A stretch of 63,978 nucleotides of DNA, counting the filler, from Octopus bimaculoides (lineage: Eukaryota), in assembly GCF_001194135.2 (NCBI RefSeq). It is 5 parts of 4 records of this genome, joined end to end, with 100 filler letters (N's around TTAATTAATTAA, not from the genome) between each part and the next. Parts side by side here need not be neighbours in the genome. Positions count along the whole stretch, not along the records: positions 43,227 to 56,906 come from NC_069004.1; positions 57,007 to 62,450 come from NC_068983.1; positions 62,551 to 63,978 come from NW_026387766.1; 2 more parts are not named here. The stretch is one strand, 5' to 3'. Below, one piece after another: positions 50,598 to 62,703 of this stretch. Each line of letters begins with the position of its first letter. Within the stretch, counting starts at the first letter, position 1. The notes below the pieces were generated by a model. It did no database searches and was not told the DNA's origin. It saw only the letters and a program-made list of their open reading frames with translations. Made by a program: the position numbers and the translations under genes.

Positions 50598-52716
50598 TGT
50601 GTAGCCGTGTACGTGTATTTGTGTGAACGTTTGCCTCTTTGTGAATCTATTTGCATGAAAGTGATGTGAGAATGTTTCGAATTTATTTCTGACAGACAGG
50701 AAGACTCTCCATTACCACCGAACATTAGGACATATGTTGGGTATATACACATAAAAGTGGGTATATATATATATATATATTCCAGCTGCGGTGTCTGAAG
50801 TAGACCAATTCTGCATGCTGCAACATAGCTTGGCTGACAACAATCTACCAACGAAAAGATTAAGAACAATTGCATTGTCACAGAAAAAAAATTAAGAACA
50901 CAGACATTTTATATTCATTCTAGTTTATCCTCCCCACCCACTCCTTTTTTTTTTTTTTTTCAACTTATATATATATTATATACTACAAACGTCAGAGCGG
51001 TGAAATGGCAGAATCGTTAAGCACGTCGGGAAAGATGCTTTGCGGCATTTCGTCTGTCTATACTGAGTTCAAATTCCACAGATTTCAAATTTACCTTTTA
51101 TCTTTTCGGAACTGATAAAATAAATACCAGTCATGCACTACGGTCGATGTAATCGATTTACCCGCTCCCCAAAATTTCTGGCCTTGTGCCAAAATTTGAA
51201 GCCAATATTTAAACGTATTCGATGTTTCACTCAGTTTTATCTTAGGCGTGTTATTCTTTTCATCAGCGAATCTTTCTCGCTTTTTCTTTTCTTGTCTTTT
51301 TTAAATTTATTATTTTAAGAATCTTCATGACGTGGACTTGTCTTCTTAGACAAGTGTCTGACATTTTAGCCTCCGACTGACCACTGCCTTGTGAGTGAAT
51401 TTGGTAAACGGAAACTGTGTGGCAGCCCGTCGTATATACATATGGGTGGCTGGGTGGATGCACGGACGAATGGATGAAGGGAAGGATGGATGGATTTGAT
51501 CGTTAGTGTTTGGGTAGATGGATGGATTGATGTAAAAAGGTGGATGGTGGATGACTGGATGTTAGATATTGTATGATTAGGTGAATGGGGGGAGGGGTTT
51601 GGGTGGCTAGATTGATTGTTGGATGGCTGGGTGGATGGGTGAAGGGTGGTATGTGTGAATGGATAGAATGAGGAAGGGAGGGAGAGTTGGTGGACGGGGT
51701 GGATCGAGGGGTCGGTAGATGGATGGATGGGTGGATGGGTGGATGGACAGGTAGATGAATTGTTGTGGGCATGGATAGAAGAATAAATGGAAGGGTGTAT
51801 AGGGAGAAAATATAAAAGGGAGGAGAAAGGAAATAGCGGCAACAAAAGAAGATGATGATGAGGAGGAGGAGGAGGAAACAAAAAGGTGTAGAAAAATGTA
51901 GAAACGTAAAATTAAAAAAAATATATTAAAAGATGAATTCGGGAATAATTGATGAAGGAGGAAATAAGAAAGAATGAATGAATGAATGAATGAATAAGGG
52001 ATAACGAGAAAGAAAGACGACGGGGGACGAAGGGAAAGGACGGGGGGAAAGGGGGAAAGGGGAAGAGAAAAGAAAGATGTAAGATGATGATGACGAAGAG
52101 AGATAAACAGAATGATATATATATAAAGAATATAAGTGAAGAGGGGAAAAGATGAAGAATAGAAAAGCAGAGAAAAAGGCGAAGCAAAACCACACAAAAC
52201 AAAAAATAAGTCAGGAAAATAAACAAACAAACATAAACAATAATAACACCACCACCAACAACAACAGATCTGGAAAAAAATAAACGTCTGCTTCAATGAA
52301 ATTCAGTCTTACTGAAAAGATATAAATGATTCTCTTTATTATTATTATTATTATTATTATTATTTATTTTATGGGGTGGTGGAATTGAAAGCTTAATTTG
52401 TTGTTGTTGGTTTGTTTGGTGAGTTTTGTTATTATTTTTGGCGTATTGTAAGGGAGCGTTATATGTCTTGAAATTATTTTTCCATTTCGTCTTTCATAGA
52501 GTCGCCTGTATGAATGCAGCAGACATGTTGTAGCAGACGACTTCAAAATCTCTAACACAACAAAGACACAAGATTATGGAGAAATGCCGGCCACTTCAAA
52601 CGGAAATCGTTCGCTTTCATCTCTACCGGCTGCTGTTCAAATTTCATTAGAATCCTAAACTTGAGAAACGAGGCAGTACATACTTATATACATACATCTA
52701 CATAGAATATATGAGT

Positions 52717-52771
<55 letters not shown>

Positions 52772-53277
52772 TATGTATATGTGTGTGTTTGTAAAACAGT
52801 GAAATACATAACATATATTATACATATATACAACACAAACACATTGAAAGAAACAAAAGTGTGAATTCAGTTATACGCATAAAACATGTTTACGTACCTT
52901 CTCATATGTTTGTGTACGTACACATCGACATACACATACACCTATTGTTGTTTATTTTCTTTTTTTATTGTTTTACTAGCTTCAGTCAGTAACGTGGCCA
53001 TGCTGGAGTTTAAGTTTAATCGATGGTTGTAATTATTTCAGTTTTATCGATTCTATTTGTTGCACTGCTATATTTACGGGACATAAATGTTGCAACATTA
53101 AAAAACATCGGTTTTTGGACCCACGTTAGCACACACACACACACACACATACACGCGCGCGCGCATGTGTATGTACGATATCTGCTCAAAACGAATCACA
53201 TTTTGAATAAAATTTTGTTGCTCTACTTTCACTTTAATCAAAATACTTTCCTTCACCGATGATATTCTGCTTCATAC

Positions 53278-53544
53278 GTTCCAGTTTTGGAACGCATCCT
53301 GGGATCGCGATTTCTTGGGGAGTTCGCAATTCTTCGTAGCGAATTTTATTCGATGTCTTCTATTGCCTGAAGTCGACGAGCTGCCAAGGTGAATTTCTAC
53401 CCAGGGGTCAAATCTGCTTAGTAGGGTGGTGGTGGTGGCTGGAGGACGAAGGTCATCTGGTGCATTGTCAGAAATGTCACAGATGAGGAATAGTGGTGCA
53501 CGAGCAGATGCGTTAACGTGGTGCTGCATCTGGGCTTTGTCCAT
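53278..53544 (-). CDS. Candidate first coding exon of an unidentified minus-strand gene (MDKAQ...FQNWN)
   Basis: Non-repetitive, more GC/CpG-rich ORF starting aagacATGg. The frame runs to a donor-like AAC|GTATGA. No recognisable domain. Confidence 0.22.
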
Positions 53545-54833
53545 GTCTTACGCCTTTTCCTTAGCACTATCTCTCTCAAATTCCTCAAGGTTTCCAAATA
53601 AAATTATTTATTGATCGTCTGACGACGTAGAACGAACTCATGGTGAACTCGACGCCGTTCAAATTTAAAAAAAAACAAAAAAAAAACGATTTATCCTATT
53701 TAGTAGCAAAAAGATGCACTTTTTTTTCAAGAAACGTCACAAAAAATATCACCCCGAGTCATATATGCGAAGTTAGTTCTCCCATAAACTAATTTTGTCT
53801 TTTTCCTGAATATTCGCAGCTGAAATTGAAATGCGTTTAACATGTTCGTATGTCTTATGTCGTCAAATACGGTACGAATCAGATCAATTAAAATTATGAC
53901 ACTCGTCTCTCCTCCTCCTCCTCCTCCTCCTCCTCCTCCTCCTCCTATCATCCTTCCCCGAACATTGGTTCTTAGGAACTCCTTCCCTATCCTTTCCCAC
54001 AGGTGTTAAAGTATGATGCTTCAAACCGAACATTAAAGAACTCCCTCACACAGAAGTATGAGTGTGGTTTCTAGCAGAGGAGAGTGTAATAAGGTGAAGA
54101 GAGAGTGTCAAAAGTTATCAGTGAGACTCAATGAAAAGAGGAGAAGCGGACATGATGGGTTGTTGTTGTTTGACTTCAGATCAACCCTGAACGAACAGGC
54201 CTACGACCAAAAGCCTTAGGACCGTGTCCGTTGCTTATTTGTAAATAATTCTAGACTATATTGTACTGTCTTCTTTTTTTAAAGAACATGGCGTATGATT
54301 TGAGGAATCATTTCTTGCAGGACAAGCGACCGCGTGGAAATCCATTCGGTGGCTTTTTTGGTGTCTCAGGCTTCGGTGACGTCGTGGAATGAGGCGACAT
54401 TAACAATACCATTAGCATCGCTAAAGTTACAGTAAAGATCACCTTCACCACCACCACCATCTTCACCACAGCAGCCATCAACATCATCACCCTCAATATC
54501 ATCATCATCATCATCATCATCATCAACAACAGTAGCAGCAGCAGCAGCAAAAGCAACTATAGCAATTGTTGTAGAGAGGGGTGGCGAGGGGGCGATAACA
54601 AAAGACAGACGTATATCAAAGCGCAACTAGAGCCACATGAATCAAAGAGCAAGGTGATATAAGGGTACGAGCGAGTGTGTGTGAACACGCACACACAAAC
54701 ACACGCACACAGGTACACACACACAGGCACACACATATACACATAAACAAACACACGCACACATACATGCAAACATATTTACATATATGTATTCACATAC
54801 GCACTCATACATAAAAATATGTATGTGCATATG

Positions 54834-54881
<48 letters not shown>

Positions 54882-55070
54882 TGTGTGTGTGTAGATGGGT
54901 GTGTATATATATGTGTGTGTGAATATATATATATGTATGTATATATAACGAATATGTCACAGTAACAGAAAACAATGTCTGAAAAGATTGACGAGAGAAA
55001 GTCAGTTTCGTTTACAAGTTAAGAAGAAAATTTTAAAAAATGAGATAAAGAAAAAAAAACACCGTACTAG

Positions 55071-55102
<32 letters not shown>

Positions 55103-55534
55103 GTTGTCGGTAGAGGAAAGGAAAGGAAGAGGGAGAAACAGCGCCCCCCACCGTCTTTTCTTTTCCGTTCAGCAAGAAATGAATGTGGTAAAGACGAGGT
55201 AGAAAGAGGGGAAGAGGGGTTGTGATGGCGGTGGGTGATGTTTCTGTTTGTATTTCTGGCTATTCTTGAATGTAGATTAAAGTTCGTATCACTTTGGTCG
55301 TCAACCCGTTGTTGGCTTGACTTTTCACTTTATTCTTCCATTACCTTCCACCACCACCACCACCACCCTCCTTCTCTCACTCTCTGTTTCTCTCTCTCTC
55401 TCCCTCTCCCTTTTTCTCTCTCGTTCACATCTCTTTCACTCTCCCTTTCTCGCCATTGTATTTCATTTAATAGAACCAGAAATAAAAGACCGAAGGGACG
55501 AAAGAACTAAAGTGTAACCAACGTACATATATAT

Positions 55535-55700
55535 ATGGCTATTTCTGTCTGTCTGCCTGTCCGTCTGTCTGTTACCAACTTAATGCCTAAACCACCGAAC
55601 CAATATTCACGAAACTTTGCATACATGTGACACTAACATCCAGTTCGATAATAGGCTAATTGGATTTAAAACCACACTGTTTTAAAATAACACTTTGGAT
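55535..55700. mobile_element. Possible DINE-1/HINE-like fragment
   Basis: (TCTG)n followed by ACCGAACCAATATTCACGAAACTTTGCATACATG, resembling the core of that class. Confidence 0.35.
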
Positions 55701-56280
55701 CAGTGGTTCTCATCAACTGGTTCTATATGACTCGTTGGGGGTGGGGTGGGGCATTTGACCTTGTGGGTGGGGTGTGAATAAAATATAAACAAGTAACGAA
55801 GATGCATACCTGAATTAACACCTGTACATCTTCGTTACTCATTTATATATATATATATATATGTGTATATATATATATGGTGGCTGTGGATGTCCATTGT
55901 TCAACAATGAGGATTCAGCTGTTTGATCAACTGAATTATCTGCTCCTGAATAAACGTGTAAATGGCTGAACATTCTACAGTCACGTGACAACACATGACC
56001 CTAAACGTAATGGTCAGACAGAAACAGGGTGACACAGTATGTGCTAAAAGGTGGTCCCTACTGAATGGGTTATGACATTTGTTGCTGGATCGAACCCAAT
56101 AGCTCGTTGTTGCAAACTTAATATATTCTTATATACGAACGTACATAGATATATATATATAGAGAGAGAGAGACAGACAGACAGACAGAGATGTACACAT
56201 AGTTATATAGAAGGATGCATACCTACATTAATATATATACATATGTACATACATTATACAAGCAGCCACGCACATAGTCT

Positions 56281-56615
56281 TGGCACTCCGTCGGTTGCGA
56301 CGATGAGGGTTCCGGTTGATCCGATCGACGGAACAGCCTTCTCGTGAAATTAACGTGCAAGTGGCTGAGCACTCCACAGACACGTGTACCCTTAATGTAG
56401 TTCTCAGCGTGACATGGAACGTGACAAGGCTGACCTTAGAAATACGGGTATGACCCATTTTTGCTAGCTGAGTGAACTGGAACAATATGGAATATAGTGT
56501 CTTGCTTAAGCATACAACGCGCTACCAAACTTCGATCTTACAAACTTACGATCGCGAGCCGAATACCCTAACCCTAACCCTAACCCTAACCCTGAGCACT
56601 TAGCTACGCGCCTTC
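56281..56615 (-). mobile_element. Full-length SINE family D (reverse) with a telomere-type insert in its head
   Basis: Reverse-complement homologue of 39651-39980. A second decayed partial copy lies at ~55900-56045. Confidence 0.88.
56566..56593. repeat. Interstitial (CCCTAA)4/(TTAGGG)4 repeat
   Basis: Four exact CCCTAA units plus CCCT. Confidence 0.95.
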
Positions 56616-57006
56616 ACTACATACACACATACATGCGCGCATACATACACATACACACATACATACGCGTAAAACTGCTCAAACATACACTCATATTTCT
56701 CACTCATATGACACACTTTTACGTACAATTTTTCACACGTTCATACGCATGCGTAAATGTATTCACATACGACACAGCACATGCACAAATACACACACAC
56801 ACACACATATGTATGTGTATGTATATGTATATATATATATATGTATGTATGTATATATATATATGTATGTATGTATATATATGCTCATACTGACATACCC
56901 ACATATNNNNNNNNNNNNNNNNNNNNNNNNNNNNNNNNNNNNNNNNNNNNTTAATTAATTAANNNNNNNNNNNNNNNNNNNNNNNNNNNNNNNNNNNNNN
57001 NNNNNN

Positions 57007-57086
<80 letters not shown>

Positions 57087-57467
57087 TGCTTATACATACA
57101 AATATGTATGTATATGAATACATATATTCATAATATATATGCACAAACACAACACACATGCACGCACACACGCACACATACACACACACGCATATATACG
57201 TACATACGCGCGTGAACGCACGCACACACACACAGACACACACAAACACACACACACACACACACACACATATGTATATATGTACGATGCGCATGTACGG
57301 ATGAAAATTTTATACATTTGCTTCATAGTTTTGACTTTCCGAATTCGATCCCACTCTGTGGTATTTTGTGCAGCAGTCTTTAAACCAAGCCTTGCGTTAT
57401 CCTAAACGTTATGAGTAAATATCAATAATACTCTCTTCTTCTTCTTCTTCTTCTTATTATTATTATC

Positions 57468-57619
57468 GTTCAGGTCACTGCTTCGAATCGAACTTGGAAT
57501 CTTGGGGTTAGTAGCCCGCGCTCTTAACCACTATGCCATATGTCCACGAGCATATAGCGTAGTGGTTAAGAGCTACTAACCACAAGATTCCGAGTTCGAT
57601 TCCAAGTAGTGACCTGAAC
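57468..57619. mobile_element. Head-to-head palindrome of two tRNA-derived (A-box/B-box) heads
   Basis: Arms 57468-57542 and 57551-57619, each reading CATAT(G/A)GC(A/G)TAGTGGTTAAGAGC...GAGTTCGATTCC..AGTGACCTGAAC outward into an A-rich microsatellite. The right arm lacks 6 nt. Confidence 0.85.
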
Positions 57620-57624
57620 AATAA

Positions 57625-57655
<31 letters not shown>

Positions 57656-57664
57656 AACAACAGC

Positions 57665-57718
<54 letters not shown>

Positions 57719-57735
57719 AATAATAATAATAACAA

Positions 57736-57915
57736 TATCGAAAAATACCTTAGGAATGAGAACCTAGGTTCGAAATTTCCCCAAGATACCTGAATAAAGC
57801 TGACGGGTATATCACCCGAAACATTGTATTAACAACAAACAAGATGAGGACAAATATCCGTCGAATGTAAATAACGTAAATAATGTACATAATTCCTTGT
57901 CTCTTAAATATAGAA
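57736..57915 (+). ncRNA. Penelope-like terminal module with a degenerate hammerhead ribozyme (57785-57830)
   Basis: GATAC CTGAATAA AGCTGA CGGGTATA TCACCC GAAA CATT GTATT; homologous to 62551-62672(-). Confidence 0.6.
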
Positions 57916-59004
57916 CAATACGTGGATAGATAGAAAATAGTTACATTTCATTTAAAGAGATTTAAATTAAAAAAGTTTAAATATTTGAAAATATGTATCT
58001 GTTCTTATGGGTTGTGGTAAATGTGTCTGCAAATTTAAACTAAAACGATTAAAGAAAGTCATTGGTTGATGAGAAATGATTTGATAACCTAATTGAAGAG
58101 CGTTGGTTTTTCAAGGAAATGAAGAATTTTAGAATTATACTTAATGCAGGTAAAACGTTTTTTTCTGTATGAAGAATGACAAAAATATTATAGACGAGCT
58201 CATGTAGTGTGGATACTTAAATATGCCACTGATGCAAGTAGATAAATATCTAATATGCTTTAGGTCTCTGACAGTAATTATTAAAACTTTAGTTGTATGT
58301 AAGCAAATTAGTATGAGAGCCAAGTATAGTCATCAATAAATAATTTTAATTAAAGCACCAAAATAAAATGAAGCGTTATTATTAAAATCCTTACCCGACA
58401 AACATATATCACAGTTATAAGGTGGAATGTAACGTACAATATGAGTAAATGGAAATAATTAATTGAACAAAATAATGAAAGAATTATTGGTAACAGTGTG
58501 CATAACGAAATTTTAAGATGATTAGATGTTGTTTAAAAGTGAAAAGGTGAAAAAGAATGAAGGTAATGAATGATAGACTAATATTGATGTATTATACTGC
58601 GAATTGATATATTATAATGACAAGTGTTATGCTGGATAATTAAATGAAAAATAAAAAAAATAGAGGTATAGAATATATTAAAAATAAAATGAGAAAAACT
58701 GGAAAACATATTATATAGTAAGTAATGTGAGATAGATGGACAAAGAATAATGGAGGTGAGGGTGATTAAAATAAAATAAAAGAATGGGTGATCACATATC
58801 AGAAAGAAATAAAATTTAATGCGTTAAGGGAAAACACAATAAACCAGATAAAATAAATGGATTAAATCTATATAAACCTTCTCTGGGAAAATTTACTGTC
58901 AACAACAACGTACACGTAGACAAATTCACACGCATATATGCATGTACATATTAATATGAGTGTGTGTGTATAGATACGTATATGTATACACCTATGGTTG
59001 TGTG

Positions 59005-59074
<70 letters not shown>

Positions 59075-59834
59075 CAGATGCGTGCACATAAAGACAGCAA
59101 GACAAAGCGAAAGAGAGAAGAGAAAGAGAGAGGGCAGAGGGAGGAAAGTAAGTGAAAACAGTAAATAAGAAATTTTATAATGGATATATGAAAAAGTAGA
59201 AAAATTTTTACATTATTGCATTGCAGCGAACAGTCAAAGCCTGTTCACTGGGGATAATGACAATCTAATTATGAGTCAGATATTTATTTGATGGAACACG
59301 AGTTAAAATTTGATAATTTTTTTAGATAAAGAATAAAGAGAAATTTTAATAATTGGGAACAAAAATGTTCATTAGAAATTCTTTATGTTCATATTTCATT
59401 TGTACTGATTGTTTAAATTAATTTCAGTTTATTAGTGCATTCGCCACAATATCAGTTATAAATTGAATGAATTGAATTTTATTTTATCACAAATAACGGA
59501 TTAAAGGACTAATACTAGCAACATATACATTAAGAATGTCCGCCTGTTAAGCCACCGCCGTTATCTTTCGTTCTGTTTCTTGTAGGGTTTATGGTTACAG
59601 CATTCCTTGAATTTGAATGTCTTTAGTTGAGTTTCTATTGTAATAGAGAAGTATGTGAAAAAAGTGAAAACTTTCCCTTTCTAACTGTATCTAAATATTT
59701 CAAGGCGGTGCCCCAGCATGGCCGCAGTCTAATGACTGAAACAAATAAGAGATAAAAGATGAAAGATTCAATTCATTTGGCAAACAACAATTTCCGCACG
59801 CACACAATTTAGTGCGTAAAAGCAGTGTCTACGT

Positions 59835-59877
59835 TAGCGGTGAACAGCATCTAGCGGTGAACAGCATCTAGCGGTGA
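59835..59877. repeat. 17-bp tandem repeat, 2.5 copies
   Basis: TAGCGGTGAACAGCATC twice plus TAGCGGTGA. Confidence 0.9.
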
Positions 59878-60883
59878 CGGATGTGATATTTGCTTGTGTA
59901 AGTTTGTGTATTAACGGATAATATACGGAATAAAGTACCCAGTAATTTCTAAATTTGTTGAACTTTTCCTGTGAGACGAGAAAGGGATTATAATGGGATC
60001 TGTAGGAATTCCCCAAGAAAACCGAGTATTTTTTGAAAACTTAAGAATATATTTCAAGTTTAACATGCTTAGAGAAAGAACAACCTCTAAGGACAACTAG
60101 GTGAAATATTTCGATATTTTTGACTACATCAGCATAGTGCAGCTTACCTGTGCATGCAGGTAAGTAATTTTATATATAAGATTTAAAAGCGTTTCCTATA
60201 AGCTTAATTTTCATAATTGAAAATCTTAAAACTTGCTACGAGAAATGATTGAAAAGAACACATGGTATGAATACAAGTAATTTGGTTAAGCGACAGCACA
60301 TTGTTTGCTCACTGAAAGTTACGTCTAAATTTTCAGTAAGAAACGAAAGAGTAGCTAGATCGTTAGCGATTCTCAAGGGATCATTTTAAGAAATACAATA
60401 CATATAGGGAACACAATGTATGTGCGCGCGCGCGCGTGTAGATAGATAGAGAGATAGATACCGTTTTTGCATTTAGTTAGCAAGATTCTTGATGTGAACT
60501 AATGTGTTTAAACAGATTTTGTTGTAGCTCAGGAGGGTCATTATCTTATTAAACACTTTTTTAATTTATTGTTTCTTCATTGTTAAATAAGTTAACCGAC
60601 TATAGCTAATTTCTTTTTAAACAACCAATCTTTTAACCAAGTAATCAGTAATGTTTATCAAATCATTTCTCTGCCATTTGCGGCATGACAGTGGAGAAGT
60701 TGCAAATGGTGACGAAAGGAATTTAAGATAATCGGCTGATCGTTTAATTGAATTAAGCAAATAATCGCTTCGTTGCTTTAAACGTTATCACATTGACGAA
60801 TACTAAAGAAGTGAAATTGAATCAATGTGCGTGTTTATTATTTCCAATGATTCATTATTAACTTAATGACCCTCTGAAAGTTT

Positions 60884-60928
<45 letters not shown>

Positions 60929-62410
60929 CATATGTGTGTGTGCCTAACTGTTTGTGATTATACCACATTACCGCTTGACAATTACTGTTATTTTGTTTAT
61001 GTCCCCATATCGTAGCGTTCCAACATAAGAGACTGATAGAATAAGTACCACGCCTATTAATACTAAGTACTGAGATCGATTTTCTACGATCAAACCTTTC
61101 AAGGGGCTGCATAAGCATGGCCGCAGTCTAATAACTGAAACGAATAAAATATTGAAGATTAGATATTAATAAATTCTCACTAAATCATCAAAGATCCTCG
61201 GAAAATGTTAATACTTACTCTAACTATTATAACATATTGATTAATAAAATTAAATTTATGACTGATTGCTTCAATTGTACATGTGAATGGGGAAATATAT
61301 GGTTTGGTCCCAACTGATTCAATATAAATTTTTTGCTGAATGCAATTTGTCATAGCATCTGCAGAAACTCTTATCTGTTTTTTTAAAACTTAAGGGACCG
61401 GCAAAATTAATGAATCAAGTTAGAAAGAGAATATAATGGAAAAATAAAAATAAAATTGCAATGAATTATATCGCTTATATTATGGCGTTCCAAGATTTAA
61501 TTAATAATCTTGACACAACTTTCCATGTGTCATGATACCAAAAATTAATAGAGCATACTTTATATCGTCTGGATATATAGATCACGTTGATTCATTTTGT
61601 GTGTGTTTATACATACACAGAGAGAGAGACAACTCGCACACAAGGACACACGCAGAGACACATACACACATACACACACGCGCACACACCCAAACACACA
61701 CATCATTTCAAGATTTTATCTGACTTTTACTAAAAATCACATATGAGAATGAGTATTAGACTTTACCTACTCACTTTCTATATGATCGAAATCAGTGTTC
61801 TTGGCAAAAAAATATTTAGTTTTGAAGATTTTCTGGGCATTGTGATTAAAGATTTCTCTTTGGATGGAACAGTTAATTCAAAAATTAATTTATACTAAAT
61901 AAAACGGAACAAACACTTGATAAATTCTCATAAGGTATTGATTTTTGCAAATTATTGACTTTCCACCGTTCTGAATTTTGTTTTTATTTGCTTTCATTAT
62001 TGGAAATATTGGCGCTGATTTTAACGATTCCTTTGTTTCATTATTTAGACTACACTTTTAAAAACATTTTTATTAATAAAATTGTTTCTGAATTTAATGA
62101 CTCGTGTGGAAAACTTGGAATGATTAATTTTCCTTGTTTTTAAAGTAAAAAGTAATTTATAAAATTGAATTCTTACATGCCACATATATAACCATCAAAT
62201 TATATCGGTCAAACAACGTTGTTCCAAAATATATGTTTGTTGTTACTCTAGCAATACTTAAAATGTCAAATGCTTACTCTCATAAGGCTTTTTGTTCTCA
62301 AAATATTTTGCGGTATTTCTGACGTGATTCATTACTTTTTTATGTTAGAAAGAATGCAACTGATGTATTCGACATTTTATACTCCATTATTTTATGGGTT
62401 CCTATTAATG

Positions 62411-62450
<40 letters not shown>

Positions 62451-62550
62451 NNNNNNNNNNNNNNNNNNNNNNNNNNNNNNNNNNNNNNNNNNNNTTAATT
62501 AATTAANNNNNNNNNNNNNNNNNNNNNNNNNNNNNNNNNNNNNNNNNNNN

Positions 62551-62670
62551 TTGTCCTCATCTTGTTTGTTGTTAACACAACGTTTTGGCTGATATACACT
62601 TCAGACTTCATCAGGTGTCTTGGGTAAATTTGAAACCTAGGTTTTTATTCCAAAAGCATTTTTCATGTTA

Positions 62671-62672
<2 letters not shown>
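62551..62672 (-). ncRNA. Second Penelope-like module with hammerhead motif (62574-62619)
   Basis: Minus strand GACAC CTGATGAA GTCTGA AGTGTATA TCAGCC AAAA CGTT GTGTT; intact CUGAUGA, GAAA changed to AAAA. Confidence 0.65.
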
Positions 62673-62702
<30 letters not shown>

Positions 62703-62703
62703 G

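Noticed and set aside
51450-52300. His/Pro/Ser- and Phe-rich minus-strand ORFs
   Set aside because: Derived from degenerate (GGAT)n and GA-rich low-complexity DNA.
57468-57619. Functional tRNA genes
   Set aside because: No acceptor-stem pairing, an ACT anticodon-like triplet, and a 6-nt deletion in one arm; treated as tRNA-derived heads.
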